Assembly: GCF_026210795.1 (NCBI RefSeq)
Contig: NC_089431.1
Coordinates: forward strand, 3,472,001-3,536,000
Length of the DNA: 64,000 nucleotides
Direction of reading: 5' to 3'
DNA from: Rhizophagus irregularis
Taxonomy: Eukaryota
A program made the position numbers and the translations under genes. Below the pieces are notes generated by a model that ran no database searches, was not told where the DNA came from, and was given only the letters and a program-made list of their open reading frames with translations. Positions 25,681 to 39,764 of this stretch are shown piece after piece; within the stretch, counting starts at the first letter, position 1; every line of letters starts with the position of its first letter.

Positions 25681-27733
25681 CAACATTACGACTCTTCAAT
25701 ATCTATTAGCAAAATACATACTAATTTCTGCTGCCGCGTAAATCGTGGAATTGGTTTGTTCAAACTAAATGGATTCAAAATTACGAGAAGTAATGTCATA
25801 AATGCAGGTTGTTTTGATTTTTTTGTTAGAGGGTTTCTTTTTATTATTATTATTTTATTATCAATATTTTATTTGTCAATAATATTTTATTTTTTTTATC
25901 AATATTTAATTTTTTTTATCTGTTTTATTTTTTTTATCTATATTTTATTTTTTATCTACATTTTATTTTTATCATTGTATTTCTTATCGATATTTTTTTA
26001 TCAATATTTTATTTTATTTTTTTTTAATCGATATTTCATTATCCACGTCTCGTCTATCACTTGTCTATGCTTAGCAAATCCGAAATTTCTCCTGTACATT
26101 ATAAAAATTTATTTTTTTAGAAAATTCATGTCAGAAATTTTTTTTCTAATTAAAAACCAGTAATAATTGTAATTCTACCAGTTCTATTAAGTCTGAGATT
26201 TACACAAACAATAAATTCTATTTGATATTCGTTCGTCTTTTGCATTCTGCACATTCAATTTTTTTCATTTTTCTTTTTCATTAATCGATACTTTTGTCGA
26301 ATCAAAACATTGAAATGGATCATGTAGTGAACTATTACTAATGTCCTTAAGATTGAGTAACTTAAAGCAGAATTAAAATAAACAAATGATACAAACATAA
26401 AAAAATTAAACATTTTTTTTTTTGACTTAGGCTGTAAGATCAATAGTCAAAGGATTCTTTAATAAATAATTTTTAATAAGAAATTTTATTATTCCATAAC
26501 ACCAACATTATGAGTTGAATTGTACTTCGCGGCCAGTGAGTTTGTAAGTTATAGGCAAAACATTATTGATTAAAAATAATTGTTAAGAGCATATATTATT
26601 TGAATAATTTGTTAAGAGTTTAATAATAAATTTAATTATTTACATTACCAAAAAAAAAAGAAAAAAATTTCTATATAGATTAACTAGTACAAGAAATAAA
26701 TTTACTAAACACTTCGCGTTGGTTCTAACCTTCATCATAGACTAATACAATGCCATTTGGCATTTGCATCGAATCGTGAAATTAATTCATCTGTTTTTCC
26801 GCGTACTAATCCAGTATGATCACAACCCTTTCCTTTATACAAAAGCTTCTTTCGAATTTTCTGCTTTTTCATTTTGATACAGTCGAGTAACCAACCCATC
26901 GTGATCGGTCATAGAAAGTGTAGTAATCGTGAACCAGTTTTAGCATCGTAATATTTCAAGGTTTGTTCATTGAAGAACTCTGAGCTTATAATTTGTAGAT
27001 TTAACAGTTAATTTCTTGATTTTCTCTAAAATGGATCAAGCTGTGGACGTTATGAACAAAACTTCACCTTCCAATTCATCCAATATCTCCGTCACAATTG
27101 AAAACTGAGTTCTACAGACAAGGTTTCTGACAACTTTATCTGCATTGGATGAAAAATGAAGACAATTAATTTTCGTTTTAATCAAAATCTTACATATTAC
27201 AGAAACAAATATTAAGCTTTTGCGTAAAGCACTATTGTGGAAATACGGTAATAAATTAAGTGATTTAATCGAATTAAGTATAATCATCTTGATCAATTAA
27301 CAGTTAATCGATAAAATGTTGGTTTCAATTAAAATCGAATAAATTTTGCCCGGTAATTTGTTACCATGATTGATCGATTAAACCTATCATGGTTAATTGA
27401 TTATTAAATTTTCATTGTTTCGTTTATTTTGTAGTTTATTACTGTATTGATACTGTACCAATTAATAAGATTCTTATCGATTGATTTTAATACAATAAAA
27501 ATCAATAAAATAATTTGATTCATCGATCAATTTATATATTTTTTTATTTCGAATAACACGATCGAATAAAAATCCAAAAATCGTTCAAATCAATTTAATC
27601 GATTTGATCATGACTATACGTGATCAATTAATCGATCATGATTTTTGAAACTATAAAATCCCTAAACAAAATAAAATAATAATAAAATAAATTGAAAACC
27701 TAAATTTTACAGCATTATAAAATACTATCTTTA

Positions 27734-29244
27734 TTATATTCTTTCTTCACCAGGCGTAGGAATAACATTCCGATTTCTATAATAACGTCTTATCAAAAAG
27801 AAAGTACATCCAATAATAATCAACAATCCAACAGAACCAAGCGCTGATGCTATTATAATGTTTTTATTAGAAGTAGATTGTTGTGGCGTCGGTGGTACGT
27901 AACCTGGTGGTACAAAGTCTTTGACAGCATTATAAATGTCTCTATTACTTATATCTATAATATCAATTGTATTTATCCTATTATGCGTTAGGTTTTGACC
28001 TAATTATTGTAACAAATGAAATTAAAATTTATATCGTATTATATGCTATAAGTAAAATATGATTATATAGACGCTCGTACCAAATGTAATAATCAAATAA
28101 TTCTCAAATACATGTGAGGTATGATAGATCCTAAATTGGTACAATTGACCAAAGAGCTGAGGAGTGGACCAAGTAAGTTCACCATTAACATACTCAAGAA
28201 CTGCAAATATGGGATCACTTTCATTGGACGCAGTCGCATTGTCATTACCATCAAAACCGCCATATACAAAAATTCGACCATCTGGTGCTTTTATATGAAT
28301 AATTAAAGTTAGAATATTAAACAAGACAAGTCAAGTCAAATAAGAGATGTTACCTATGGATGCCGAATGTCCCTGTCGCGGTGATGGAATTCTACCATTG
28401 GCATTCTAAAATGAAAAAGTTGAAATATTAATCTTATAAAAAAATTATTGATTTTAAATTTTCACAAATAAATAACTTACTCTTGTATACCATGTTGATA
28501 TTTTTGTATTATATACAAGGATCTAAAAAACAATTATATGTTTATGGAAAATATATATGCCGATATCAATTATATTGAATATATTACCTGATTCATTGGA
28601 ATGTTGTTTGTGCCATTACTACCACCAATATACGCAATTTCATCAGTATATAGCGTTACGGCAGCATAATTAAGAATTTTGTAAGGCGCAAAATCGGGAG
28701 AAATATACAAAATATTTCGAAATACGTCAAAAATATGCATGGTGCCATTGTCAAATATAAAAATAGTGTTTAAATTACTATCAGTAACTCCGACAATTTT
28801 GGATGTAGTTCCAACCGGCATACCATTTGGTGTTTCTGGTGTTTCTTCACTCCACTGTTTGAACTTTAGGGAGTATCCGTATATGAGCTCGCCTTTTGGA
28901 TCACCTCGAAAGCCTCCAAAAAGATAAATCATTTCACCTTCTTTACCTACTGCATATACAAGTGCATGTCCATTAGACTTTACGAGAACATTTGGATGCT
29001 CTTCGTAAGGCATATCAGTTGGTGATGACGTAGAAAATGGAACGGTTAAATCTAAAGAAAAAAAATCATCCGAACTAATATTATTATCAGTAGGACCTGT
29101 AATTCCGCCTCCAATATAAAGTTTATTATTTGCTATCGTTGAACCATGACAACAACGTATATTTGTTGATTGAGCGATTGTAAACGTTATAATTGTTACG
29201 CTAACAATTATGATTAATTTTATGACTAGTGTAGTAATTTTCAT
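27734..29244 (-). CDS. Kelch/galactose-oxidase-like beta-propeller type I membrane protein, copy A
   Basis: Signal peptide MKITTLVIKLIIIVSV.., Kelch motifs LYIGGG, IYLFGG, IAYIGG, IFVYGG, ITFG. Five exons with GT-AG introns. Pro/Ser stalk, TM helix, basic tail ending IPTPGEERI*. Confidence 0.88.
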
Positions 29245-30575
29245 ATCCCTAGTTAATTACTAATATTAAATAATGAAAAAAAAGAATTCACTTATTCAGT
29301 TTTAGAATTTTCTTCTTTCACATTTCGTCTGTTATAAACAATAATTTTATTAACTAAAAAGTGTTTGCCGACTGCATGCATTTACGTAAGCATGTGCATG
29401 TTAGCATTTTACTACGTTCTAAAAAGAAAAATCGTCATCAATGCCATTAAAATGTAAAGTTGGAAGCCATTGACAAAATTTAAATTCTATATTTGGAGTA
29501 AATTAAAAATAGTATAAAATACCCCATTGGAATTGAAAGTAAGATTAATCTAGTACTTATGGCGTTAATGTTTGTTGAATAGACGCTTAAATGTTTGTTA
29601 CTAATATTGTTCGATTTTCAATCTAAACTGCATGAATCAACAATCATGTGACGACTGTGACCAGTGTGACTGTGACGTTCTACGGCTATGAGCCTATGAC
29701 ATAGTATATATTTTTCCATGTTTAACGATAGCCGTTTATTTAAAATAGATTATCTTTTTATTTTAATGTAACGCAATTTAGGAGTAACTCGGCCTAAGTT
29801 TCGTTTCGAAACCTCAATTCTATCAATAAAAAAAATTTTTAAGATTGATTTATTTTCAATTAATTCAATTTTGGTAGAATCAATTCCATATTTATTTTCA
29901 ATTTTTAATACACGATTTATATGATTGATTATAAAATTTCATATGAATACGAAATTACTTGCTTAGTTTTGTACGTTAAAAATTATATTATCCTACAACA
30001 AAGTATTGAAAAAAAATATCTTGGAAATCCTTTATATAGCACTTTGAATAAAAAATTGATTTTTGAAAGAATTTTTGTATTTTTGATAGAATGTTAAGTT
30101 CAATTATTTAATCTTTATTATGGGAATTTATGGCGCTAAATGTATTAACCTTGTCAATACATTTTTAAATTAAGTAAGATAATGATGATGTACAACAGTA
30201 CAAATGTACCGTAACCCAGTACGGTATATTAGTATTTACATTATATTAATTGCTAACGCTTCTTAAAATAATCGTATTTGTTGAACATCTTGTCGGTTAT
30301 GCTTTCTAAAATATAATGTAAAATAAGAGACAAAGACATATACATTCTTAAACATTATTATCAAAATAAATTTTTATTCATAACTTAAATATTTACATAC
30401 CGTATGTTCAATAGATATTCATATTGCGATAATAAATAAAATACAAGAAAAATTATAAACACTACCACTTATTAAAAATTCATCGGGTATTAGAAAGGTA
30501 CACACAAAAGGATGTATTATACTTAGACGTGGAAAATACCAATTCTTTTTATTTTGTTTAACTGTATCAATAATA

Positions 30576-30673
30576 CTCAATAAAAAAAATTCTCCGATAA
30601 ATGATCATTTTTCTAGTTTTTATTCCAAAGAAACTCAGACACGTGATCATTTTTCCGAAAAATTTTTATAGGG
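30576..30673. mobile_element. Degenerate short CCCTA-family MITE
   Basis: Right end TTTTTATAGGG as at 14382, degenerate left arm, possible ATA TSD. Confidence 0.35.
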
Positions 30674-30811
30674 ATATATAAAACGAATTAAAGCTATTTA
30701 TTACGTTTCTTAGCTTATTATTTTGGTACTAAATAATCCTATCTTCGAGTTTTTCGTAATTTTTTTTGGGGGTGCGTTAAAATATAATTTGACTAAAACT
30801 GACCCATGTTT

Positions 30812-31774
30812 AACAAACTCAAGAACTTTCATTGGACTTAATTGTATTTTCATCACCATCAAAGCCACCATATACAAAAATCCGATAGTCTGGTGCTATT
30901 ATACAAATAATTATAGTTAGCATAAAAAGTATATGTATCGTCGATGTTACTTATTGATTGTCATGGAACTGGAATTGCATCATTAGCAGCCGTGACATTC
31001 TAAATTGAAAGTTGAAATATTAATCCTATGTATTGTTAGAATTCTCGTAGATAGTAATAATTAGCTTACCTTTATATCCCACTTTGATAATTTTGTATCA
31101 TATATAAGAATCTAAATAATTAAACGTTTATATACTATACTATATGGAAATATTTTGATATAACGATATTGAATATTTTACCTCGTTCGTAGGAATATTG
31201 TACTTATTATTATTTGGTGATTTACCGCCACAAATATACGCAATAACACCAGTATTTAGCGTAACGGTAGCATAATAATAAATGGCAAATTGGGAGAAAT
31301 AAATATACAAATATTTTTTTTTAATGCGTCATGAATGTACATGATGCTATTATCATAATATTATTGTTACTATTCGTAACTCCAACAACTTTAGTTGTAG
31401 ATTCGGAAGGCATCATAGCGCCATTCCTAACTTTAGAGAGTATCTGTATATACTATTACCTTTTGAAACTCCAAAGCAACCAAAAAAATATATACTTCCG
31501 CCTTCATTATCCATTGCCTATACAAGCGTGTGTGAATTGGACTTTTGCATGCATCTCATAAAAACATACAGTATTAAATGTATGGTGATTGCGTAGAAAA
31601 CGGAACGGTTAAATCTAAAGTAAAGGAACCTATGAGGCCACCTCCAATATAAAGTTTATTATTTGCTATCGTTGAACCATAACAACAACGTATACTTGTT
31701 GGTCGAGCGATTGTAAACGTTATTGTTACGTTAACAATTATGATTAATTTTATAACCAATGTAGTGATTTTCAT
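30812..31774 (-). pseudogene. Kelch membrane-protein paralog, copy B (deleted, frameshifted, 3'-truncated)
   Basis: Same start (MKITTLVIKLIII..RCCYGS..LYIGGG) and intron positions as copies A and C, but with internal deletions, an early stop at 31574 and no TM exon. Confidence 0.85.
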
Positions 31775-32034
31775 ACCTCTCGTTAATTACAAGTATTAAT
31801 GTAGTGAAAAAAAGAATTCATTTTAGAATTTCCTTATATCATTATGTTTTGTCTGTTATAAATAATTTTATTAAAAAGTGGTTATTAACCATTTACCGAC
31901 TGTATGTATGTACAGTATTTGCGAGCATTTTTACGAAGAAATATGATCAATACCATTGACAAATGGGCCTGAACTTAATATATTAAAAAATACATTTTTT
32001 TATGGTAATTCTAGTAACTCAATATACATATATA

Positions 32035-32186
32035 TGTTGTAGGTGGAAACGGAATCTATGTGAATTCCGAATTCACATATGTGGATATATACGGGATGTT
32101 GGCCAGAATTAAGCATAGTGCCGGATTAGGATTTCGTAATGCTGGCCAAGATCCGATTCCACCGGTATTCGGAACCACATACGACA
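32035..32186. mobile_element. Small TGT..ACA-terminated element in a TA run
   Basis: TGTTGTAGGTGG vs reverse complement of the right end TGTCGTATGTGG. Flanked by TATA and GC-richer than its surroundings. Confidence 0.45.
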
Positions 32187-33460
32187 TATATATACGCACG
32201 AGATTGACCGAAAAAATGTATAATCAATCACCTACTACTATTAAAAATCACGATGTTCCCCATCTGTTAAATTCTCGCTCTATAGTTGGAGAAAAAAGAA
32301 AACTTCATTATCTGTTATATATATATATATGTACTGTATATCTGATATGTAAAATTAAAATAGTACGTATTCCGTTCGCATGAAAGTGAAAATAATTTAG
32401 TATTTATGGCGTCAATGTTTGTTGGACAGGACAGGCGCTTAATGTTGTTTACGAGTATTGTATGTTTGTTGCTAATATTTATTCGATTTTCTCGATCACC
32501 GTTACAGGTTACACAAACTGATGATTGATCGTTCTGATCGCCATAATAATTTTTATTTAGAAGTTTCGCATCTATATCTTTTGAAAAACCTGATCGACTG
32601 TTTGAAATACCCCAAAACTATATAAAATTTATTAAATACATGAAAATAATACACAATAAAAGAAGAAAACACTATTTTAAAATGCTTTGGCTAAAAATAT
32701 TTATAATTTTTTATTGATATCACAAAAGAAAACATATAATAACTAAGATCAAAGCAACCAATGTTCCAATTTGGATAAAAAACTTCGTCCATATAAAGCT
32801 AATATGAACAACACTAACTTTTCTTTCTTATGTATTGATCAGTGTATGTACCATAAAATTTGATCATATTTCGTAATTGCAATGAATGTAATAATAGTCG
32901 AGAATAAGAAATATTGAAAGTCGTCAAACTTGTCAAATATTCTATAAAATTATGACAATAATTAAACCCAAGTGATAAATGAAGTTATTGTTTATTATGG
33001 AATTTTTGCCGTAAGTAAATAAAATTTATAGAGCAGCTTGGGTTTATTGATCAATTAAAGAGATACTGAAGTGAATGGTTGGATTTCCAAATTAGCTAAG
33101 AAAATAAAAGTTTCTTTGGTATTGACGCAGATTTGTGAGACAATGAAATGAATATATTTATTTTTACTTCAAATTTGATCCAATATATTAAATCGATATA
33201 ACGGTTATTTACTTTGTTATAGATGATAAATTTTTTATTTAATAAAATAAATTAATTAAACTCTATTAATGGTTCTTAAATAGGATTATAATAAGTGAAT
33301 TTATATTTTTCGTTTTAATCAAAATCTTACAAATTGCAGAAAATAAATAAGCTTAATTTAACGCCAAGTCCCACCACCACCCGCCACATCAAAGGTTCTT
33401 TTATAAAATAACATGATCTTCAAAATCAAATGCTGATCATTTTGTTGACAAATTAACTAT

Positions 33461-33552
33461 ACTAGGAAACGGAAGTGCTGTTTAAGAGTGTACTTCGTCA
33501 CGTGCCGGACGGACAGACGAACATTTTTGTGCGGTTAATCATTCTATTGTAT
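33461..33552 (-). mobile_element. Helitron/Helentron-like non-autonomous 3' fragment
   Basis: Minus strand ends ...CCGTTTCCTAGT, identical to the end of the element at 60339-60496, and carries TCTGTCCG motifs. Confidence 0.45.
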
Positions 33553-34191
33553 AAATTGGATAATTTGTATTACTAACTGTTACTAATATCACATGAAAAC
33601 AGATCAAGATTATCTCTCCTTTTTACCTTTGCAGAACCACACAACCTGTATTGGCATCATTTGAAATAAAATTTAACCGTTTAGATATTTTTTTAATCGA
33701 TCTAAATAGAATTGTTTATAACTTTTGACTTTTGTGTTGGCATATTTAAATTTGTGTTAGTTATTAATCACAAATAAATAAGAGATCCCTTGAATTACAT
33801 TTACAGTTGACTTGTTTATTAAATAAAATGATCTTAATGAATAAAATCAGGATAATAAATATTATAAAATGTTGATAATTTGATAGATCAAGTTACCATG
33901 ATTGTTCGATCAAACCATCTGGTTAATTAATTAATGAAAAAAATGTGGTTTTGAAAAAAAATAACTACCAGAGTTACTTTATGCATTGTTTCGTCTATTC
34001 TGCATTTTATGTCTATAGTATTCGAAAAATTAATTAATTATTTAATAATATGCGTTAATCGATCAATGATTTTTAAATTCCCTAAATAAAAAAAATATGG
34101 GCTTAAATTAATTACTTTGTTAGAGTGAAAAATCCAAATTTATCATTAATTCCAATAACATTTAAAATAATACCTCTATTATTAAATTCTT

Positions 34192-35732
34192 TTAACTAGT
34201 AGGAATAACATCTCGATATTTATAATGTCGATAACGTCTTATCAAAAAGAAAGTACATCCAACAACAACCAAACCCACAACGGAACCAATTACTGTTGCT
34301 ATTATGATGTTATTAAGAGATGGTGATGATGGTGGTGATGATGATGATGGTACAGGTGGTACATAACCCTGTGGTGTAAAGTCTGTGACAAATTTATAAA
34401 TATCTCTATTACTTATATCAATCAGATCGATTGTACTCATTCTACCATTCGTTTTATTTTGCCCTAATTATTATAAATAGAAAATAATATTATAACTTAA
34501 TATATTATACATACTGTAAATTTTATACGATTATAGAAACTCGTACCAAATGTAACGATCAAATAATTCTCGAATACATGTGAGGTATGGAAGATCCTAA
34601 AATTACCCGCCAGACCGATGAGTTCAGGAATGGACCACACAAATTCGTTACTAACAAGCTCAAGAACCGCAAATATGGGATAACTTCCATTAAGCTCAAT
34701 TGCATTGTCATTACCATCATAGCCACCATATACAAAAATCCGACCATCTGGTGCTATTATATAAATACTTATTGTCAGCATAAAAGTATATGTATCGTCA
34801 AATAAGTTATATTAGAGATGTTACCTATGGATGCTGAATGACCTTGTCGTGGAACTGGAATTGCGCCATGAGCAACCGTGGCATTCTAAAATGAAAAGTT
34901 GAAAGATTAATCCTATGTAATGTTAGAATTCTCGAATTCTCGTAGATAATAATTAGCCTACCTTTATATCCCATTTTGATAAATATGTATCATATGTAAG
35001 AATCTAGAATAATTATACATTTAATTTACTATATGATAATATTTAATATCGTGATATTGAATATTTTACCTCATTCATAGGAATATTGGACATATTACCA
35101 TTTGGTGCTTTACTGCCACCAATATACGCAATTACACCAGTATTTAGCATAACGGTAGCATAATAATAAATTTTGTAAGGCGCCGAATCGAGAGAAATAT
35201 GCAGAGATTTTTTTAATGCGTCATAAATGTACATGGTGCTATTATCAAATATATAAATATTATTATTACTACTATCCTTAACTCCAATAACTCTAGTTGT
35301 AGATTCAGACGGCATTATAACGCCATTTACTGGTGTTACTTCAGTCCAACCATCTAACTTTATAGAGTATCTGTATATACTATTGCCTCCTGAAACTCTA
35401 AAGCCGCCAAAAAAATATATACTTCCGCCTTCATTATCCATTGCAAATACAAGCGTGTGTGAATTGGACTTTATAGGAACCTTTGTATGCACTTCATAAG
35501 GCACATCAAGTGGTGATGGCGTAGAAAACGGAATAGTTAAATCTAATGAAAAGAAATCATCAGAAGGAAGAGCAATGGTAGAAGGACCTGTGAGGCCACC
35601 TCCAATATAAAGTTTATTATTTGCTATCGTTGAACCATGACAACAACGTAGATTTGTTGGTCGAGCGATTGTAAACGTTATAATTGTTACGTTAACAATT
35701 ATTAATTTTATAATGAATGTAATAATTTTCAT
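34192..35732 (-). CDS. Kelch beta-propeller type I membrane protein, copy C
   Basis: Same five-exon structure. ORFs 35043-35750, 34497-34781 and 34192-34440. TM IIIATVIGSVVGLVVVGCTFFLI followed by RRYR. Confidence 0.88.
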
Positions 35733-36679
35733 AACTCTTATTAATTGCAAAGTATTAAATAATGAGAAATAATTTAATAACTGATGTAGACAATTTTCAT
35801 ACCTCTAGTTAAATTACAAGTATTAAATAATAAAAAAATAAAGAGTTAATTTTAGAATTTTCTTATCATTATGTTTCACCTGTTATAAACAATAATTTCA
35901 TCATAAATTGCTTATTGGTCACTTACCGATTGTATTGCATTTGATAAACATTTTAATTACCTCCTAATAATAAAAAAATATGATATATGCCAAATAAATC
36001 TTCATTATACAGTATATATAATATATAAAAGCGCTTAATGTTTGTTACTTAATATTGTATGCTTATTAACTATTATTGTTCATGAATTAACAATCATGTG
36101 ACGACTGTGACATTACACACCGGCTATGTGCGATAGCCGTTCCACTACATTATTTAAAATGGATCCCCTAGTGTAACGCAATTCCGACCTGCATCATGAC
36201 TTTAACAAAGAAAGTTCATTGAGATTGACTTTATATTCGATTTTCGATTAATTCAATTTTGGTAGAATCGATTCCAATTACTAGAACCATTTTTGTTATA
36301 CGATTATGATTGATTGATTATAAAATTTCAAAATTACTATTTTAGGTTTGTACATTGAAAAATTAAAGATTATATTATTCTACATAAAAGTGTTGAAAAA
36401 ATATTCTTGGAATTTTTATACAATACTTTGTATAATAAAATTAATTTTTGTATCTTATCTAATCTTTATTATGACACAAAATGTATTAGTCTTATCAATA
36501 CGTTACAATCATTTATAGAAAGATAATAAATGATGTACAGCATTTTACTAAATATACATTATATTAATATTTAACATTTCAAGATATCTTATCTGCTGTT
36601 ACGCTATGTAGAGTAAGAGACAAAGACAGATACATTTTAAGTATTATTAACAAATGAACTCATTATTTACATGCCATAT

Positions 36680-37983
36680 TAGGGTGTCACACAGATCAAT
36701 TAATTAAACTATGTTACCGACATTTGATGTAAAACTATAAAGTTTAATTAAATATTCTATTAATAAATTTTAAATAATAAATATAATACAAGATTCTAAA
36801 AGTTTCTTCGAAACTGTTCTTAAAAACTATCCTCAAATATTTACGTGTATTTTTTTTTACAAAGCTTTTAGAATGGTTCGACAGAAGGAATTTACATTCA
36901 AATATCGAGAATTTATATGATAAATAGAAATATTCTTTGTTCTTAAACTATTTATAGATTTGCTGCGGATTTCAATAACGTGGTGAAACATTTTTTTGTT
37001 TATGTTGGACAGAATGCTGAAGATCTCCAAAAGAAAAACACAATTTACGTGAAGAAACATCACACCCCACCGCGTTTTCATTGTTTATATTTATCTCCTT
37101 CCAAAATTATTTTTTTCACGTCTCTTTGAATGTCACTGGTCACGCGGGGTAGAATTTTAATTATAAAATTCTTCAGATTTAATAGAACTTAGAGCCAAAA
37201 AATTCTCCTGACTAGCCTTAAAATAAAGAACTTAGAGCCAAAAAGCGTCGAACTACGAAGCAAACATGTTGTTTGAAACTTAATTGGAAAATAATTTAAT
37301 TAAAAATTTTTAAATTACATTAAAGAATTTAAAATTAAAGAATTTAAAATTACATTAAAGAATTTAAAATCCCTATAAAAACTTTTATCCGTTATTTCTG
37401 TATTTCTGTAAAAACTCCGTAGAAATGAGCCTTTCACAGGACCATTCACGGAAATAAATTCCGTGATATAAGATTATCAATTCAGGAAATATGTGAAAAT
37501 ACATTCACGGAAAAAACATGATAAACAAGGATCAACATTTACGTTAATCCCGAAGTATCTCCTGACTGATTGATTACAGCTGCACGCAATGTCACGCCGC
37601 GTGTACGGCCCCTTTCAAATATTTCAAATATTTTTGTAATAGAGAATTACTATATATATACTTATGTATATTTTTATGCCATGTTTTTCTCGTTTAAAAA
37701 ATTACCTTAAGAGCCTTTTACGGAAAAAAAATGGAATATAAAAGACGTATCTACTTTTTTTTACCGTGAATTGCATTAAATAATTTAAAATTGCATTAAA
37801 GAATTTAAAATTTGCTAAAAATAAATAAAAGTAAACAGTTTGAAAATTTATTTAATAATTTTTAAATTGTGCATTAAAAAAATTCGGAAAAACAAATTAA
37901 AAAAATTGAACATCTGTGTAACATAGATCCGGTCATAATAAAATAATCAATATTGCTGACATAATTAGTTGTGTAACATCCTA
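36680..37983. mobile_element. hAT-type non-autonomous element
   Basis: TIR TAGG(G/A)TGT(C/T)ACACA. Degenerate 8-bp TSD ATGCCATA/ATGCTGTA. The paralogous empty site is present near 30395. Confidence 0.65.
37371..37768. mobile_element. CACTA/CMC-like MITE nested in the hAT element
   Basis: Termini CCCTATAAAAA and (minus) CACGGTAAAAAAA. 3-bp TSD AAT inside the host TTAAAAT-TGCATTAAA repeat. Confidence 0.55.
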
Positions 37984-38492
37984 ATGCTGTATGAGCGGAT
38001 TGGTATTGATAGCGATAATAAATAAAATAATAACTTTAAATGTTTCGTTCCAATAACAAAAAAAGTTACAACGTACATTAAATTAAATATTGTACATATA
38101 AATATATAATTATTTAATTGAAATGGAAACCTTTGTTTAATAAAATATTTTTCGTTTGATAAATAGACTTTTTACGCATTATATTCAGGGATGGGGTTAA
38201 TTAACCGTTACGCGGAATTTTATGAGATTTGTACAGTATTACTAATGTAAAATTAGCACAGATCCCGATAAATTCCTGCAAATTTCATGGGAATCCATCA
38301 CTAATTATATTTTACAAGTGCGAAGGCTTTTTAGTCTACTTAACTGCAACCAATATCAAAATTGTTTAGTTTTGTGCTAATAGTTGTTACAATTGTTAAA
38401 AGATGTAATAAAGTTTAAATGATAATTTGTTAAACCTTTGTTTAATTAACTTTTGTATACAATAAACTTCAAATTTAATATGAATTATATGT

Positions 38493-39505
38493 TATGCTTC
38501 GACCCGTATCCGGATCGATTCGGATATTTTTTTTTTTTCGGATATCCGGATTTTGCGGTTTTCATCCGGATTATAATCCGGATGAAAAATATCCGGTTTA
38601 AACCGGAATCCGGATGAATCTTTATTTATTTATTTTTTTTGCATAGTACCGTAACTTTATATAATACGATTTACAAATTATTTATTAATTAAAGTGCGAC
38701 CATAGACAGACATTTTAAAATGAAAACACCGAAAACACTTGCATCACATGTTGATCAACTGAAGTTTAAAATGTAATAAAGAATCATTTTTTCGCATTCA
38801 AACGTTCAAAAGAAAAAAAATTTATATTATTTTTTTACAATAATTATTATTTTTAAATGAAAAATTATTCAGATCAATTACAAAAAATTGAGATATTATA
38901 AAATTTATATAATATTTTTTTTTTTTTTGTGGAGCTAATGACGTCACAAGGACGATTTTTATTAATTTTGTAGATAAAAGGCCGGTAAATCCAAAAGACT
39001 CGGTGGCAACAAATCATACAAAAAATCTAAGTATACAACTAAACACGTAGAGGTATACCTATAAAATTTATATAATTATAACAACTTTTATTAAAAGTTA
39101 AAATCATAGTGTTATGTAATTTGATTCAAATGATTCTTTAATTTTTGAAAGAAAAAACAAATCCTTTTTAACATTTTAAAAATTGCCTTACTAACCCAAC
39201 ACATTTATCTATAGTAATCTTTAGCTATATCAAAATTTCATAATTAGCTAATTTACAAAGAAATGTTAAACAATAGTCTGAGACAATTCTGAAATAATAC
39301 GAAGTTGTTTAAAAAAAGTATTGAATAAAATTGGAATTATGAAAATTTCGCGGTCTTGGATAATTTTGTAATTCTGGCCGAAATTAATATCACGTGACAC
39401 CAGAAAATAGTTTAGCCGAGCAAAAAATTTTTTATCGGCTATGATACGATAAGAATAGTCAGATTTCGGTTTCTATCCGGATTTTTGTCCCGGATAAAGA
39501 ATCCG
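38493..39505. mobile_element. Truncated relative of the CCGGAT-rich hAT MITE at 8973
   Basis: Left end TGCTTCGACCC followed by clustered TCCGGA motifs. Remnant TCCGGA/CCGGAT motifs at 39476-39505; right TIR missing. Confidence 0.5.
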
Positions 39506-39764
39506 CGCTTTTTTTGAATTTGTTAAACGTCACGTAGTAAACTGGCCGATGGAAGTATTAAGGTACACAGTTTAGAATTTATTTATACAGGTAATCTAAA
39601 CGTTACAAATTTTTTTATAAAATTAATTAATAAAGAAATTTTAACGATTATGATTTTTAAATTCCCTAAATAAACAAACTAATATGGATTAAAATTATTT
39701 TGTTAGAGTGAAAAATCTAATTTCATCACTAATACTAACAACATTTAAAGTACTATTAAATTCT

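Noticed and set aside
25756..26163. 135-aa hydrophobic ORF
   Set aside because: T-rich low-complexity sequence with no family motif.
26700..27160. Coding-like decayed segment on the minus strand
   Set aside because: Stops in all frames and no recognisable family.
32060..32383. 107-aa ORF
   Set aside because: Starts inside a small mobile element and runs into non-coding spacer.
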